Shown here piece after piece: positions 39,321-50,689 of a stretch of 64,000 nucleotides of DNA. Made by a program: the position numbers and the translations under genes. Every line of letters starts with the position of its first letter. Position 1 is the stretch's first letter. The stretch lies in contig CAWJMT010000003.1 of the NCBI GenBank assembly GCA_963844035.1, forward strand, positions 64,001 through 128,000. Direction: 5' to 3'. The notes beneath the pieces were generated by a model that was not told where the DNA came from, searched no databases, and saw nothing but the letters and a program-made list of their open reading frames with translations. This stretch comes from an uncultured Gemmatimonadales bacterium. Its GTDB lineage: Bacteria > Gemmatimonadota > Gemmatimonadetes > Gemmatimonadales > GWC2-71-9.

Positions 39321-41743
39321 ATGAGAACGCTGGTCGATTCCGTCAAGAAGGGCGTGATGCTTGCCGCGGTCGACTTCGCTGGTCGCAGGCTCGGCCTGGG
39401 CCCAGGCGCCGGCCAAACCGGCGCCCAAGCCCGCGGCGAAGCCGGCCGCCAAGCCGGCGGCGAAGCCCGGCCGGGATCGATCGGACGGTCTTGCCGATCG
39501 CCGAGCCGATCTATCCGCGGTCCACGGTGCTCGATGCGCGCGATGCCAAGGCGCCGCCGCGCTTCGAGGTGAAGGCGCCCGCGGGCGCGCCCAACGTGAT
39601 CATCTTCCTGATCGACGACATCGGGTTCGGCCATGCGGCGACGTTCGGCGGCGGCATCCCGATGCCGACGCTCGATCGGCTCGCGGGAACGGGGCTCAAG
39701 TACAACCGCTTCCACACGACGGCGCTCTGCTCGCCGACGCGCGTGGCGATCCTCACCGGCCGCAACCACCACACCAACAACGCCGGCGCGATCATGGAGC
39801 TCGCGACCGCGTTCCCGGGGAACACCGGCGTGCGGCCGCAGAGCGTCACACCCCTGGCCGAGATCCTGCGCCAGAACGGCTACAGCACGGCGGCGTTCGG
39901 GAAGTATCACGAGACGGCGCCGTGGGAGGTGAGCGTGTCGGGGCCGTTCGATCGCTGGCCCACGCACTCCGGGTTCGACAAGTTCTACGGCTTCATCGGC
40001 GGCGAGACCAATCAGTGGGCGCCGCTGATCATCGACGGCACCGTCAAGGTGGAGGTGCCGCACGACCCGAACTACCACTTCACCACCGACATGACGAACC
40101 AGGCGATCGCCTGGATCCGCACCCAGCAGTCGCTGACGCCCGACAAGCCGTTCTTCACCTACTTCGCGACCGGCGCGACCCATGCGCCGCATCACGTGCC
40201 GAAGGACTGGATCGCCAAGTTCAAGGGCCAGTTCGACGGCGGCTGGGACAAGTACCGCGAGGCGACCTTCGCGCGGCAGAAGCAGCTCGGCATCATCCCG
40301 CCCGACACCAAGCTCGCGGCCAAGCCCGCCGACATCAAGGACTGGGACGCAGCTGACGGCGGACGAGAAGCGGCTGTTCGCGCGGCAGATGGAAGTGTTT
40401 GCGGCGTTCGCCGCGCACACCGACTACGAGATCGGCCGGGTCGTGCAGGCGATCGAAGACATGGGCGAGCTCGACAACACGCTGATCTTCTACGAGGTGG
40501 GGGACAACGGCGCCAGCGCCGAAGGCGGCATGGTCGGGATGTTCAACGAGATGACGTACTTCAACGGCGTCGCGGAAGACGTGCCCACCATGCTCAAGAG
40601 CATCGACAAGTGGGGCGGGCCCGAGACGTTCCCGCACATGGCGGCGGGGTGGGCGGTGGCCGGCAATACGCCGTTCATGTGGACCAAGCAGGTGGCCTCG
40701 AACTTCGGCGGCACCCGCAATCCGCTGGTGATCAGCTGGCCGAAGCGGATCAAGGCCAAGGGCGAGATCCGCAGCCAGTTCCAGCACGTGGTGGACATCG
40801 CGCCGACGGTGCTCGAGGCGGCGGGGATTCCGGAGCCGAAGACGGTGAACGGGGTGGTGCAGACGCCGATGGAAGGCGTCAGCATGGTCTACACGTTCGA
40901 CGCACCCAAGGCGGTCGGGCCGCCACAAGACGCAGTACTTCGAGATGGCCGGCAACCGCGCCATCTACAGCGACGGCTGGGTGGCGGCCACGGTGCACAA
41001 GGCGCCGTGGGAAGCCGCGCCGCGCCACAAGCTCACCGAGGATGTGTGGGAGCTGTACAACGTCGACGCGGACTTCAGCGAGAGCACCGACCTCGCGGCC
41101 GGCAATCCCGCCAAGCTGAAGGAGCTGCAGGCGCTGTTCATGAAGGAGGCCGAGCGCTATCGCGTGCTGCCGATCGACGATCGGACGCTCGAGCGATTCG
41201 ACCCCAACATCGCGGGCCGTCCCGACCTGATGGGCGGCCGCAAGTCGCTCACGGTCTATGCGGGGATGACCGGGATGATGGAGAACGCCTTCATCAACGT
41301 GAAGAACCAGTCGGTGACGATCACCGCCGACGTGGAGATCCCCGCCGGCGGCGCGAACGGCGTCATCCTGGCCCAGGGCGGGCGCTTCGGGGGTTGGAGC
41401 GTCTACGTGAAGGACGGCAAGCCGGCCTACACCTACAACCACGTCGGCCTGCACGAGTACACGGTCACGGGCACCCAGGCGCTGGCGCCGGGCAAGGCCA
41501 CGATCGTGGTCGACTTCGCCTACGACGGCAACGGCCGCGGCAAGGGCGGCACCGCCACGATTACGGTCAACGGCAAGAGCGGCGGGATCAGGGCGCGTCG
41601 AGCCCACCAATGCGAACGTCTTCTCGGCCGACGAGGCCGCCGACGTGGGCGTGGACGAAGGGACCAACGTGAGCTCGGCGTACGGCCAACGCGGGAACGA
41701 GTTCACCGGCACGATCGACAAGGTGCGGGTGGACGTGAAATAA
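39321..41743 (+). CDS. Arylsulfatase, Cys-type formylglycine sulfatase (frameshifted)
   Basis: PNVIIFLIDD, CSPTR, GKYH, HAPHH and GDNG; LamG-like C-terminus ending VRVDVK*. Confidence 0.92.
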
Positions 41744-42025
41744 GGACGCGGTATGCCATCCCCAGCACCGAGCTCGCGAAGCAGTTCTTCGTAATCGATT
41801 CGAAACAGGGTTCAGGCTGCGTCGTCGCGCATGATCTCGCGGTACGCGGTGGGTTGCTCGAAGCCCTGCAAGCGCGCCTTCCTGGGGTCAACAACGAGGC
41901 GGTGATTGCCGCGATGGTGTCGGTCGAGAATCGCACGTTTACCATCTGGGAAGCACCGGACAGTGCCCCCGACGCTGGCGGGGCGGGTGGTTCAAGGTAG
42001 AATTCCAGCAGCCTGGGAGGCACCC

Positions 42026-42352
42026 GTGAAATTCAAGCACCGCGCCTGGATACCGATCGCCTGGATCCTGTCCGTCGTGAATTTTGTCTCCGTATTTTTT
42101 GCCGCCCGGCCGGCCGAGCCGTGGCATGCGACGATCCATGCCGGGCTCGCCGTCCTGTTCGCCCTCGGCGCGCAACGGCTGGCGGCGCGGCGTCGCGCGA
42201 GCGGGCCGGGGGAACTCGAGACGGGCGAGTCGCACGAGTCTCTGTCGGACATGCAAGCTCGCCTGGGCGAGATGGAAGAGCGTCTGGACTTCACCGAGCG
42301 GCTGCTCGCCAAGCACCGCGAGACGGACCGCCCGGGCTCCCCGCCGCGCTGA
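42026..42352 (+). CDS. Small membrane protein with C-terminal coiled coil
   Basis: Two TMs then EMEERLDFTERLL; RBS GGGAGG. Confidence 0.75.
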   Translation: MKFKHRAWIPIAWILSVVNFVSVFFAARPAEPWHATIHAGLAVLFALGAQRLAARRRASGPGELETGESHESLSDMQARLGEMEERLDFTERLLAKHRETDRPGSPPR

Positions 42353-42368
42353 GTTCGTCGTCATCTCC

Positions 42369-43141
42369 ATGCACCGACTCACGCTGATTGCTTGCGCCGT
42401 CGTCCTCGGCGCCGCCGGATACGGTCACGCGGCGGGACCTCCGCACGGACGGACGTTTCGGCCGGGCCTCTACCTGGGTTCATGGGCCACTGGAAGCGAC
42501 AATGCGGAAATCCACTGGCTGTTGCTCGCGGTCGAGAAGGAGACCCAGGGGGTTACCTACGATCCGCCGCGGGGTCGGGCGCTGTGCCAGCTCAAGGTCC
42601 AAGGCGATTCGGTGGCGTTCATGACCGGCGAGATGATGGAGAACAACGAGCGATACCAGCTCGCGTTCCGTGGTCTCCTCACCGATTCCGGAATGGCCGG
42701 GACACTGGTCGTCTACAGCCCCCGGTCCGACCCGCTGCTCCTTCCCACCATGTTCAAGCGTGTCGCTTCACCTGAGACCGGTGTGGCAGCGGATACCGCG
42801 GCAGATGGTCTCTATTCGGGCGTCAAGCGTGAGGGGTCGGGCAACCTGAATGGCAATGAGCTCCTCATGCTCAGGACCCGCCGGGGCGTGCTGGCGCTGT
42901 TCACCATCTATGCGGACGTGCCCTTCGGTCCGTCGCTGGCCGACAGCGTGCGGATCCATGGTGACACCGTGGATTTCGTGACGACCATCTGGGGCCCGAC
43001 CGCGCCGTTCTCACGCACGCTTCATCCTGACGCGGCAGGCCGCCGGCCAACCCCTGGAGAAGGGGTACCTGCGCCGCGTGGCCTCCGTTGCCCAGCTGTT
43101 CCAACCCGAGCAAGCGGCGCCGTGTGTGCCACCCGAGGTAG
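42369..43141 (+). CDS. Secreted hypothetical protein (3' end probably frameshifted)
   Basis: Signal peptide; two similar beta-rich halves (GLYLG/GLYSG, VQGDSVAF/IHGDTVDF). Confidence 0.55.
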
Positions 43142-43191
43142 ACGGCCGCACCGGCTGGTGAAGCGCCCTCCTTGACTACGCGGAGTACGTC

Positions 43192-44535
43192 GTGATCAAC
43201 CAGAACTGGTGGTTCACCACCCTGCTGTGGAAGCAGTTCAAGCACTGTCCGCCACTGAATCGCGCGATCCGGTGTGACGTGGCGATCGTCGGCGGCGGGC
43301 TGAGCGGCGTCAGCGCCGCGGCGGAGTTCGTGCGGCAGGGGTACAGCGTCGTGTTGATCGAAAAGAACATCCTCGGCGGCAGCTCCACCGGCCGCAGTGC
43401 CGGGTTTCTCACGCCCGACAGCGAGCTGGAATTGCACCAGCTGGTGCGTCGCTACGGCCTCGAAGCCGCCAGGGAAATCTGGGATATGCCGGTCCGGGGC
43501 ATCGACCGACTCGTCCAGGGGATCAAGACCCACGAGATCGAGTGCGGGCTCCTCGAGCAGGATTCGCTGTTTCTGGGCATCGGCGCGGGCGGCAAGAAAG
43601 CCGTGGCGTCGGAGCTGGAGTGCCGCCAGAGCGTCGGATTCACCGATCAGGAGGTCTACGATCAGCAGGAGTTGAAGCGCGTGATCGGTGCGGAGGGATA
43701 CACCGCCGGGCTCCGCTACACCGGGACCTACGGGATCAACCCGCTGCTGTGTATGCAAGGGTTCAAGGATGTGTTGATAGAGCACGGCACGCAGGTGTTC
43801 GAAAGCACCGAGATGGAGCGCCTGGACGATCACACGCTGTACACCCACGGTGGGAGCGTCACAGCCGACCGGATCATCATCGCGGTGGACAAGATGCCGC
43901 GCTCGATCAGTTCGCTCGCCGACGAACTGTTCCACGCCCAAACATTCATGAGCGTGACCGAGCCGCTGACCGACCAGGAGCTACGCCTGCTGTTCCCGAG
44001 CGGGAGACAGATGCAGTGCTGGGATTCGAGCCTCGTGTACTCGTACTACCGCTTGACGGGTGACAACCGGCTGGTGCTGGGCGGCGGCACCGCGCTGACC
44101 ACGTTTCTCAGGGAGGCGTACAACGACCACAGGGTGATCGGCAAAGTCATCAGGCATTTTAAACGGCACTTCCCGTTCCTGAAGGATCTCTCCTTCATCC
44201 AGTTCTGGCCGGGGCTCATCGACACCACGCGGGATCTCTTGCCAATCATCGTCAAGCCGCCGACCCAGCCGCACCTGCAGTTCATCCTGGGGATCGTGGG
44301 GCTCCCCTGGGCTGCCTTCGCCGGCAGCTTTGCCGCGCGCAACATTCTCGGCTCAGGCGACGACGACTACAAGAAATACTACCCGTACTTCACGAACCGC
44401 CGGCACTTTGCCTTCCCGGCGGGCCTGGCGAAGATCATCGGGAAGCCGGCGCTGTTCTCGCTGAGCAACGGGTGGGCAAAGTTCTATCAGGTGGACTCGC
44501 ATCGAAAACCCGAAGCCGTGAAGGATGAGTTCTAA
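43192..44535 (+). CDS. FAD-dependent oxidoreductase (DAO/PuuB-like)
   Basis: DVAIVGGGLSG, GSSTGRSAG, YYRLTGDNRLVLGG and WPGLIDTT. Confidence 0.88.
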   Translation: MINQNWWFTTLLWKQFKHCPPLNRAIRCDVAIVGGGLSGVSAAAEFVRQGYSVVLIEKNILGGSSTGRSAGFLTPDSELELHQLVRRYGLEAAREIWDMPVRGIDRLVQGIKTHEIECGLLEQDSLFLGIGAGGKKAVASELECRQSVGFTDQEVYDQQELKRVIGAEGYTAGLRYTGTYGINPLLCMQGFKDVLIEHGTQVFESTEMERLDDHTLYTHGGSVTADRIIIAVDKMPRSISSLADELFHAQTFMSVTEPLTDQELRLLFPSGRQMQCWDSSLVYSYYRLTGDNRLVLGGGTALTTFLREAYNDHRVIGKVIRHFKRHFPFLKDLSFIQFWPGLIDTTRDLLPIIVKPPTQPHLQFILGIVGLPWAAFAGSFAARNILGSGDDDYKKYYPYFTNRRHFAFPAGLAKIIGKPALFSLSNGWAKFYQVDSHRKPEAVKDEF

Positions 44536-45376
44536 GGCGCTGTGGGCCGCCCTGGCCCTGATTGCCTTCGCCGCCAACTCGTTGCTCTGCCGTCTCGCCC
44601 TCGCTCGCGGTTCGATCGACCCGGCCAGTTTCACGACCATACGGCTCGTCGCCGGCGCCGTCACACTCGCTGTGCTGGCCCGGCTCGCATCGCCGGCGGG
44701 CGCGCCGGCCGAGCCCTCATGGACCTCGGCCGGTCTGTTGTTCCTGTACGCCGCGCCCTTCTCGTTCGCCTACGGTACGCTCAGCACCGGGACGGGCGCG
44801 CTGTTGCTCTTCGGCGCAGTGCAGATCACGATGATCCTTGGCGCGCTCCGCGCGGGCGATCGTCCCAACGCGGCACAGTGGCTGGGCTTCGGGATCGCCT
44901 TCGGCGGTCTCGTGTATCTCGTGCTCCCCGGGATCACTGCACCGTCCCCGCTCGGTGCATCGCTGATGCTGTTGGCAGGGCTTGCATGGGGGCTGTACTC
45001 GCTGCGGGGTCGGGGGGCGCCTAATCCGCTCGCCCAGACGGCGAGCAACTTCGCGCGCACCGTACCGATGGTGCTCGCTCTCAGCCTGATCGCCCACAGC
45101 GCCCGCCATGTCGAGTCCCGGGGTGTGGTCCTCGCGCTGCTATCCGGAGCGCTCGCGTCTGGCGTCGGCTACGTCGTGTGGTACCAGGCCCTCGCATACC
45201 TGTCGGGAATCACCGCCTCGATCGTGCAGCTCGCGGTACCTGTTCTCGCGGCCGGGGGCGGAGTCCTTGTGCTCGACGAGCAGATCACGCTGCGCCTCGG
45301 GCTGGCTGCGCTGCTGGTGCTTGGCGGAGTCGCGTTGACCGTCCTGACGCGCCCGCGGGCCCGTGACACCGCCTAG
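44525..45376 (+). CDS. DMT/EamA-family transporter
   Basis: AFAANSLLCR, about 10 TMs, QLAVPVLAA. Confidence 0.88.
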   Translation: MSSKALWAALALIAFAANSLLCRLALARGSIDPASFTTIRLVAGAVTLAVLARLASPAGAPAEPSWTSAGLLFLYAAPFSFAYGTLSTGTGALLLFGAVQITMILGALRAGDRPNAAQWLGFGIAFGGLVYLVLPGITAPSPLGASLMLLAGLAWGLYSLRGRGAPNPLAQTASNFARTVPMVLALSLIAHSARHVESRGVVLALLSGALASGVGYVVWYQALAYLSGITASIVQLAVPVLAAGGGVLVLDEQITLRLGLAALLVLGGVALTVLTRPRARDTA

Positions 45377-45490
45377 CACGCGCTAACACCAAAGTGCAAT
45401 GTCGGGTTCGCGCGACCTGAAGCATCATCGGGGAGGCCGCCCAGCGGTGCAACCTTCTCACCGATCAACGGAGACCGAAAGACACACGCT

Positions 45491-45943
45491 ATGAAAATGA
45501 TCACGCCTATCGCATCGCTCGCGGTACTGGTCCTCGTCGCTGGCTGCATGCACCCACCCAAGTACGTGCCGCCACGACCGGAAGTGCCCGTGGCCGCGTC
45601 GTTCGGCCGCACCTGGGACGCCGCCCTCGCCGCGCTCGCCGCGCGGAAGATCACAGTGAATGTCGACCGCAACGGTGGAATGATCATGTCCATCGGCTTG
45701 TCGGTGGCCGAGAACGACTCCTCCTGGACGAGCTGCGGCACGGCGGGAGTCAACGCGCGGGTGATGCGACCGGAGATCGTGCGATACAAGGTGATGGTGA
45801 AGGGCGACAGTACCAAGTCGACGCTGAAAGCCGAGGCGATGTTCGGCAGCGACGCGGGTCTGCTGGTGGCGCAGTGCCCCAGCAAGGGAACTTGGGAAGC
45901 GGAGTTCGAGGCGGAGGTCAAGAGCAAGGCGGAGCAGCCCTAG
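45491..45943 (+). CDS. Hypothetical lipoprotein
   Basis: Lipobox VAGC. Confidence 0.65.
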   Translation: MKMITPIASLAVLVLVAGCMHPPKYVPPRPEVPVAASFGRTWDAALAALAARKITVNVDRNGGMIMSIGLSVAENDSSWTSCGTAGVNARVMRPEIVRYKVMVKGDSTKSTLKAEAMFGSDAGLLVAQCPSKGTWEAEFEAEVKSKAEQP

Positions 45944-46082
45944 CGGTGAACCCAGCAGGCTAGACCCAACGGACGATTTGCAGGCAGCCGCGCCCTCTGC
46001 ACATTGCGTGCAGAGGGGCGGGCAGGCCTTTCCTTTTCACAGGAGACCCAGTGCTGCCCTCGCTGGCAACGAGGAGTCCGCC

Positions 46083-48287
46083 ATGAGGATCGCACGCTAT
46101 GTGACGCCGGCCCTGTTGCTGGCGCTCATTCCCACCGCCGGTTTCACCAACCAGTCATACCAGGACCCGTCGTCACGCGTTGGACGCCTGAGCTTCCTCG
46201 GCGGTCCGGTGTCGTTGCGTCCAGGAGGAGTGGACGAGTGGACGGACGCGACGATCAACTACCCGCTCACTGCAGGTGACGAGCTCTGGGCCGACGCCAA
46301 CGGCCAGACCGAGATCACTATGGACGGGAGCGCGCTCCGGCTCGCCCCCAATACGTCCTTCGGGTTCCTGGCACTCGACGACCAGACGACGCAGGTCCGC
46401 CTCTCTCAGGGATCGCTCCAGGTGCGCCTGCGCGACCTGGACCGCGATGAGACCTTCGAGATCGACACCCCGAATGGTGCGGTGTCGCTGCTGCGGTCGG
46501 GCACGTACCGTGTCGACGTGGCATCGAGCGGGGATGAGACGACGGTCACGGTGCGTGAGGGCGAAGTGGAGTTCACCGCGGCGCGGGGTGCCTTCTCGGT
46601 CAACGCGGGGGAAACCGCCGTCGTGTCCGGCATCGACTCGCCCACCTACGACATCCTCGATGCGCGCGGCCCGGACGCTTGGGATCAGTGGTGTGCCAAC
46701 CGGGACCGCCGCCGCGACCAGTCCCGCTCGGCGCAGTATGTCTCCCGCGACATGCCCGGGTACGAAGACCTCGACGACTACGGCGACTGGAGTCAGACGC
46801 CGGACTACGGAGCCGTATGGATGCCGCGCCGCGTCAGCGCGGACTGGGCACCGTACCGCGACGGCCGCTGGGTGTGGGTGGATCCGTGGGGATGGACGTG
46901 GGTGGACGAAGCCCCGTGGGGGTTCGCGCCGTTTCACTACGGTCGCTGGGCACAGTTCGGCGGACGCTGGGGCTGGGTCCCGGGACATGTGGTCGCGCGG
47001 CCGGTGTATGCGCCCGCGCTCGTAGTGTTCGTGGGCGGCGCAAACTGGAGCGTGTCGGTGGCGGTCGGGGGTGGCGACGTCGGGTGGTTCGCCCTGGCGC
47101 CGAACGAGATGTACGTCCCTGCGTATCACGTGAGTCAGACCTACGTGCGGAATATCAACGTCACCAACGTCACGAACATCACCGTCGTCGACACAAAGAA
47201 CTACAAGTATCGCAACCGCGAGGCACCCGGTGGTGTCACCGTGGTCTCACGGGAAACGTTCGTGGGCGCGGCACCTGTCAACCGCGGCCGGGTCGCCGTC
47301 GAGCGCGACCGGCTGAGTACGGCGCCTGTGGTAGAGGCGGCTCCCTACGCGCCGACCCGGCAGAGTGTAACGGCCTCCAACGGACGGCCGGCGCGTCAGC
47401 CGCCCTCCGCACCCATCAACCGGCGCGTGGTGGTTCACAACACCCCGCCTCCCGCGCCCGTGCCGTTCAGCGTTCGGGAAGAGGCGCTGCAGGCCAAGCC
47501 GGGTCGCCCGCTCGACCCTGCCACCGTCGCCACGTTGCGGGGGCGCGGCGCTGGGACTGACGTGAACCGCGTCCGTCCCGCCACGAGTGACGGCGGAGCG
47601 GCGCTCAAGCCCGCGCGCGGTGGACTGCCCCAACCTCGCGCGGCGACTCCGGCGGGTGCCAAGCACCAGCCCGAACGTGCTGCTCCGCCAGCGCGACCGG
47701 CACCGTCCGCCGCGCAGCCGACAGGCCACACCGATGCAGCCCGCGCAGCCGGCAGCCCAGAAGCCCGCGCCACCCGCGAGGCAACCGCAGCCCGAGCAAC
47801 CCTCGGCGCGGGGCCATGAGAAGCAAGGCAACGCAGAAGCGCAGCAAGGGAAGCCCGCGCAGGCGCCGCCCGCGCAGCAGGGGCAAGAGAAGCCAGGCAA
47901 CGCCGCGGAGCGGCAAGCGCGGAAGCCCGCGCAGGGACCCGCGCCGCGCAGCAGGGGCAGCAGCAGGGGCAACAGAAGCAAGACAACCCTGCGGCGCAGC
48001 AGCACGGGAAGCCTGCACAGGGACCGCCCGCGCAGCAGGGGCAGCAGCAGGGGCAACAGAAGCAAGACAACCCTGCGGCGCAGCAGCACGGGAAGCCTGC
48101 GCAGGGACCGCCCGCGCAGCAGGGGCAGGGGCAACAGAAGCAAGACAACCCTGCGGCACAGCAGCACGGGAAGCCTGCGCAGGAGCCGCCCGCGCAGCAG
48201 GGGCAAGGGAAGAAGGACAACCCAGCAGCGCAGCAGCAGGGGCATCAGAAGAAGGACACGTCAGGGACCCACGGACACAAACCGTGA
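46083..48287 (+). CDS. Secreted FecR-like plus DUF6600 (Trp-rich) protein with Gln-rich repeat tail (frameshifted)
   Basis: FecR-like N-domain, WAPYRDGRW and PWGFAPFHYGRW; tail ends GHQKKDTSGTHGHKP*. Confidence 0.8.
47921..48250 (+). repeat. Coding tandem repeat, about four units of 78-86 nt
   Basis: Units start near 47921, 48007, 48091 and 48169; the 84-nt unit encodes GKPAQGPPAQQGQQQGQQKQDNPAAQQH. Confidence 0.9.
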
Positions 48288-48429
48288 TCGGCATGAGTTG
48301 GGCGCCGCGATCTGAATCCGGAGTGCGCTGAACAAGGGAGGGGCGGGGAAGACACCGTCCTTGCGCCCCGTCGCGAGTCGTCCGCAGCTTAGGTCCGATC
48401 ATGGCTACCAAGAAGGTCGTGGTGCGCTG

Positions 48430-49131
48430 ATGCGTTGGCCGGCGAAGCACCGTGAGGGGCACCGCGGCGGACGCGTCGGCTGGTTACGCGCCGCGGTGCT
48501 CGGCGCCAATGACGGCCTGATCTCCACCAGCAGCCTGGTGGTCGGCGTGGCGTCCGCCGAGCCGAGCCGCGCGGCGATCCTGCTCGCCGCGGTTGCGGGC
48601 CTCGTCGCGGGCGCGCTGTCGATGGCCGCCGGCGAGTACGTCTCCGTCAGCTCCCAGTCCGATACTGAGCGCGCCGATCTGACGCGGGAACGTCGTGAGC
48701 TTGCCGCGTCGCCCGAGGCGGAGCGCGCGGAGTTGGCGGGGATCTACGTGGGCCGGGGTCTCAGCCGCGAGCTCGCCGCGCAGGTCGCCGATCAGCTCAT
48801 GGCCCATGACGCGTTGGGGGCGCACGCCCGGGACGAGCTCGGCATTCATGAGATGACGCGGGCCCGTCCCATTCAGGCCGCGCTGGCGTCGGCGGTCGCG
48901 TTCGCGGTCGGGGCCGCACCGCCCACGCTGCTGGCGGCGCTGCTCGCGGGCGGGGGCCTCACACGGACGGTCGTGATGGTGACGCTGGCGCTGCTCCTCG
49001 TGCTCGGCGGCGTCGCCGCTTACCTGGGCGGTGCGTCGCTCACCCGCGGCGCCGTGCGCGTCGCATTCTGGGGCGGCGTGGCCATGGCCTGTAGCGCCGG
49101 TGTCGGGCGTCTCTTTGGCGCGGTTGGGTAG
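48430..49131 (+). CDS. VIT1/CCC1-family iron/manganese transporter
   Basis: LRAAVLGANDG, SMAAGEYVSV and HARDELG. Confidence 0.92.
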   Translation: MRWPAKHREGHRGGRVGWLRAAVLGANDGLISTSSLVVGVASAEPSRAAILLAAVAGLVAGALSMAAGEYVSVSSQSDTERADLTRERRELAASPEAERAELAGIYVGRGLSRELAAQVADQLMAHDALGAHARDELGIHEMTRARPIQAALASAVAFAVGAAPPTLLAALLAGGGLTRTVVMVTLALLLVLGGVAAYLGGASLTRGAVRVAFWGGVAMACSAGVGRLFGAVG

Positions 49132-49140
49132 GGAACGCGC

Positions 49141-49635
49141 ATGAGTGCCCGGCCCTTGCCTCCCGGTCCCACGCCCAGACCCCAGACCTCGCAGGGGATG
49201 CCGCACGCGCAGATCGGCGTGACGCCCGACTCGGGCGTCGACCGCGAGCTGCGGCGGCGCGCCTACGCCTTGCCCGGGGTGCTCGACCGGCCCACCGTCA
49301 TTTCCGTCCCGGGTGCGCGGGCGCTCTGGCTCGCCGACGACATAGACCTACAGCGGCCCGAGCTCATCCTGCGCGGTCGCGAGTTTGCACACATTCACCC
49401 TGACGGCAGCCTGCACGCGATCTTGCCCGAGCCGCGGGCCCGAGAAGCCATTGCCGCGGGTTGGGCCGAACAGCATCCGATCGCCGTACAGCTGGGAATG
49501 CCGGGGTTGGTGCTGCTGTACACTCCCCACACCATGAACGAGCTGGACGCGGTGTTTGCGCTCGTCGTGGACTCGTACAATTTCGTCACCGGCCGATCGA
49601 TCGATGCGGCGACGCTCGCGGCCCCCGGGCGTTGA
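49141..49635 (+). CDS. DUF5519 / luciferase-domain protein
   Basis: REFAHIHPDGSLH and GWAEQHP. Confidence 0.8.
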   Translation: MSARPLPPGPTPRPQTSQGMPHAQIGVTPDSGVDRELRRRAYALPGVLDRPTVISVPGARALWLADDIDLQRPELILRGREFAHIHPDGSLHAILPEPRAREAIAAGWAEQHPIAVQLGMPGLVLLYTPHTMNELDAVFALVVDSYNFVTGRSIDAATLAAPGR

Positions 49636-50195
49636 CTATCGGGCACCGAGGGGCGGACGCTGTCGTGCTGGAGCTGGCCACGCCCGACACCGCTCCGTTG
49701 CTCTCCAACCTCCTCGCGCTCTACATGCAGGACATGAGCGAGATCTTCCCCGTCGCCGTCGGGGCGGATGGCCGGTTCGAGTACGGCAACCTGCCGCTGT
49801 ATTGGTCGGAGCCCCACAGGCGCTTCGCGTTCCTGATTCGCTCGGGCCCGCAGCTGGCCGGGTTCGCACTTGCCACCAGGGGCTCGCCGGCGAGCGACGA
49901 TCCCACGGTGCTTGACGTCGCGGAATTCTTCGTGCTCCCGGACTGGCGTCGCACCGGAGTTGGCCGCCAGGCCGCATTTCTGCTCTGGGATCGGCTCCCG
50001 GGGCAGTGGGTGGTCCGGGTCTCGGAGGCGAATCGCACCGCGCTCCCGTTCTGGCAGGCGGCCGTGCGTCAATACACGGACGGTGCCTTCTCCGAGATGG
50101 TTCGCCCCGGAGACCCGCACGGCTGGCGGGTGTTCACGTTCCGCACGGCGACCCCAAGCGCGAGCCAAGCTCGGCGCACACGCCTGATCCCATGA
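49632..50195 (+). CDS. GNAT-family N-acetyltransferase
   Basis: EFFVLPDWRRTGVG and NRTALPFW. Confidence 0.85.
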   Translation: MTIGHRGADAVVLELATPDTAPLLSNLLALYMQDMSEIFPVAVGADGRFEYGNLPLYWSEPHRRFAFLIRSGPQLAGFALATRGSPASDDPTVLDVAEFFVLPDWRRTGVGRQAAFLLWDRLPGQWVVRVSEANRTALPFWQAAVRQYTDGAFSEMVRPGDPHGWRVFTFRTATPSASQARRTRLIP

Positions 50196-50446
50196 GAGAA
50201 TTCCACATCACGATCGATATCGCCGCTCCCGCCGAGCGGGTCTGGCAGGTGATGCGGGTCGTGGCCCGACATGGGGTCGAGTCCACGGCCGCCGGGAGCC
50301 GGGCGACGCTGTCGCTCGAGCTGCAGGGGATCTTTGGCGGCCTGTTTGGGTGGATAACGGGAGCCATCACGGAGCGATATCTTGGCTTCGAGGCGAACGG
50401 CCTCAAGACGCGCAGCGAGAACCCCGGATTCAGGAGGATCACATGA
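50192..50446 (+). pseudogene. SRPBCC-family gene with in-frame internal deletion
   Basis: N-terminal ITIDIAAPAERVWQVM joined directly to C-terminal strands and helix (EANGLK); only 84 aa. Confidence 0.6.
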
Positions 50447-50592
50447 AAAAGAACCTCGGTCTATTGCTGCTGGGGATTTGGCTCATCATCCATGGCCTGA
50501 CTCAGGTGGTCAACTTCCATTTCGAAGGCCTGGGTATGGTGATGGCCATCCTGGCCATCGTGGCTGGCGCGTTGATTGTGGTGGGCCGGTAA
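50443..50592 (+). CDS. 49-aa two-TM membrane protein
   Basis: Strong RBS AGGAGG; MKKNLGLLLLGIWLI. Confidence 0.8.
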   Translation: MKKNLGLLLLGIWLIIHGLTQVVNFHFEGLGMVMAILAIVAGALIVVGR

Positions 50593-50689
50593 GGGATCGG
50601 CCGGCCGCTAGGTCCTCTCGGGGCGCAGGTCGTCGCGGATGTGATGTGGGTCGTGGTTGCCGGGTGCTTGACTGGGTAGAATTGCAGCC

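Noticed and set aside
39405..39470. AAGCCGGCCGCC-type 12-nt repeats
   Set aside because: Ordinary low-complexity PAKPAAK linker coding, unrelated to the heptamer families
41753..42000. C-terminal extension of the sulfatase, or a separate small gene
   Set aside because: The sulfatase ends naturally at TAA 41741-41743 in another frame; the leftover frame lacks a clean start and cannot be called
37998..45397. Shared 11-mer CACCAAAGTGC in two intergenic regions (37998 and 45387)
   Set aside because: Only two copies, spacing to the downstream CGGTGCAA differs, and one such match is plausible by chance
47435..48220. Cys-rich metallothionein-like ORF on the minus strand
   Set aside because: Antisense shadow of the CAG-rich Gln repeat tail; no RBS or independent support
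47921..48250. Possible CRISPR array
   Set aside because: Units are contiguous with no unique spacers, the clean units have lengths divisible by 3, they lie in a CDS, and no cas genes are present
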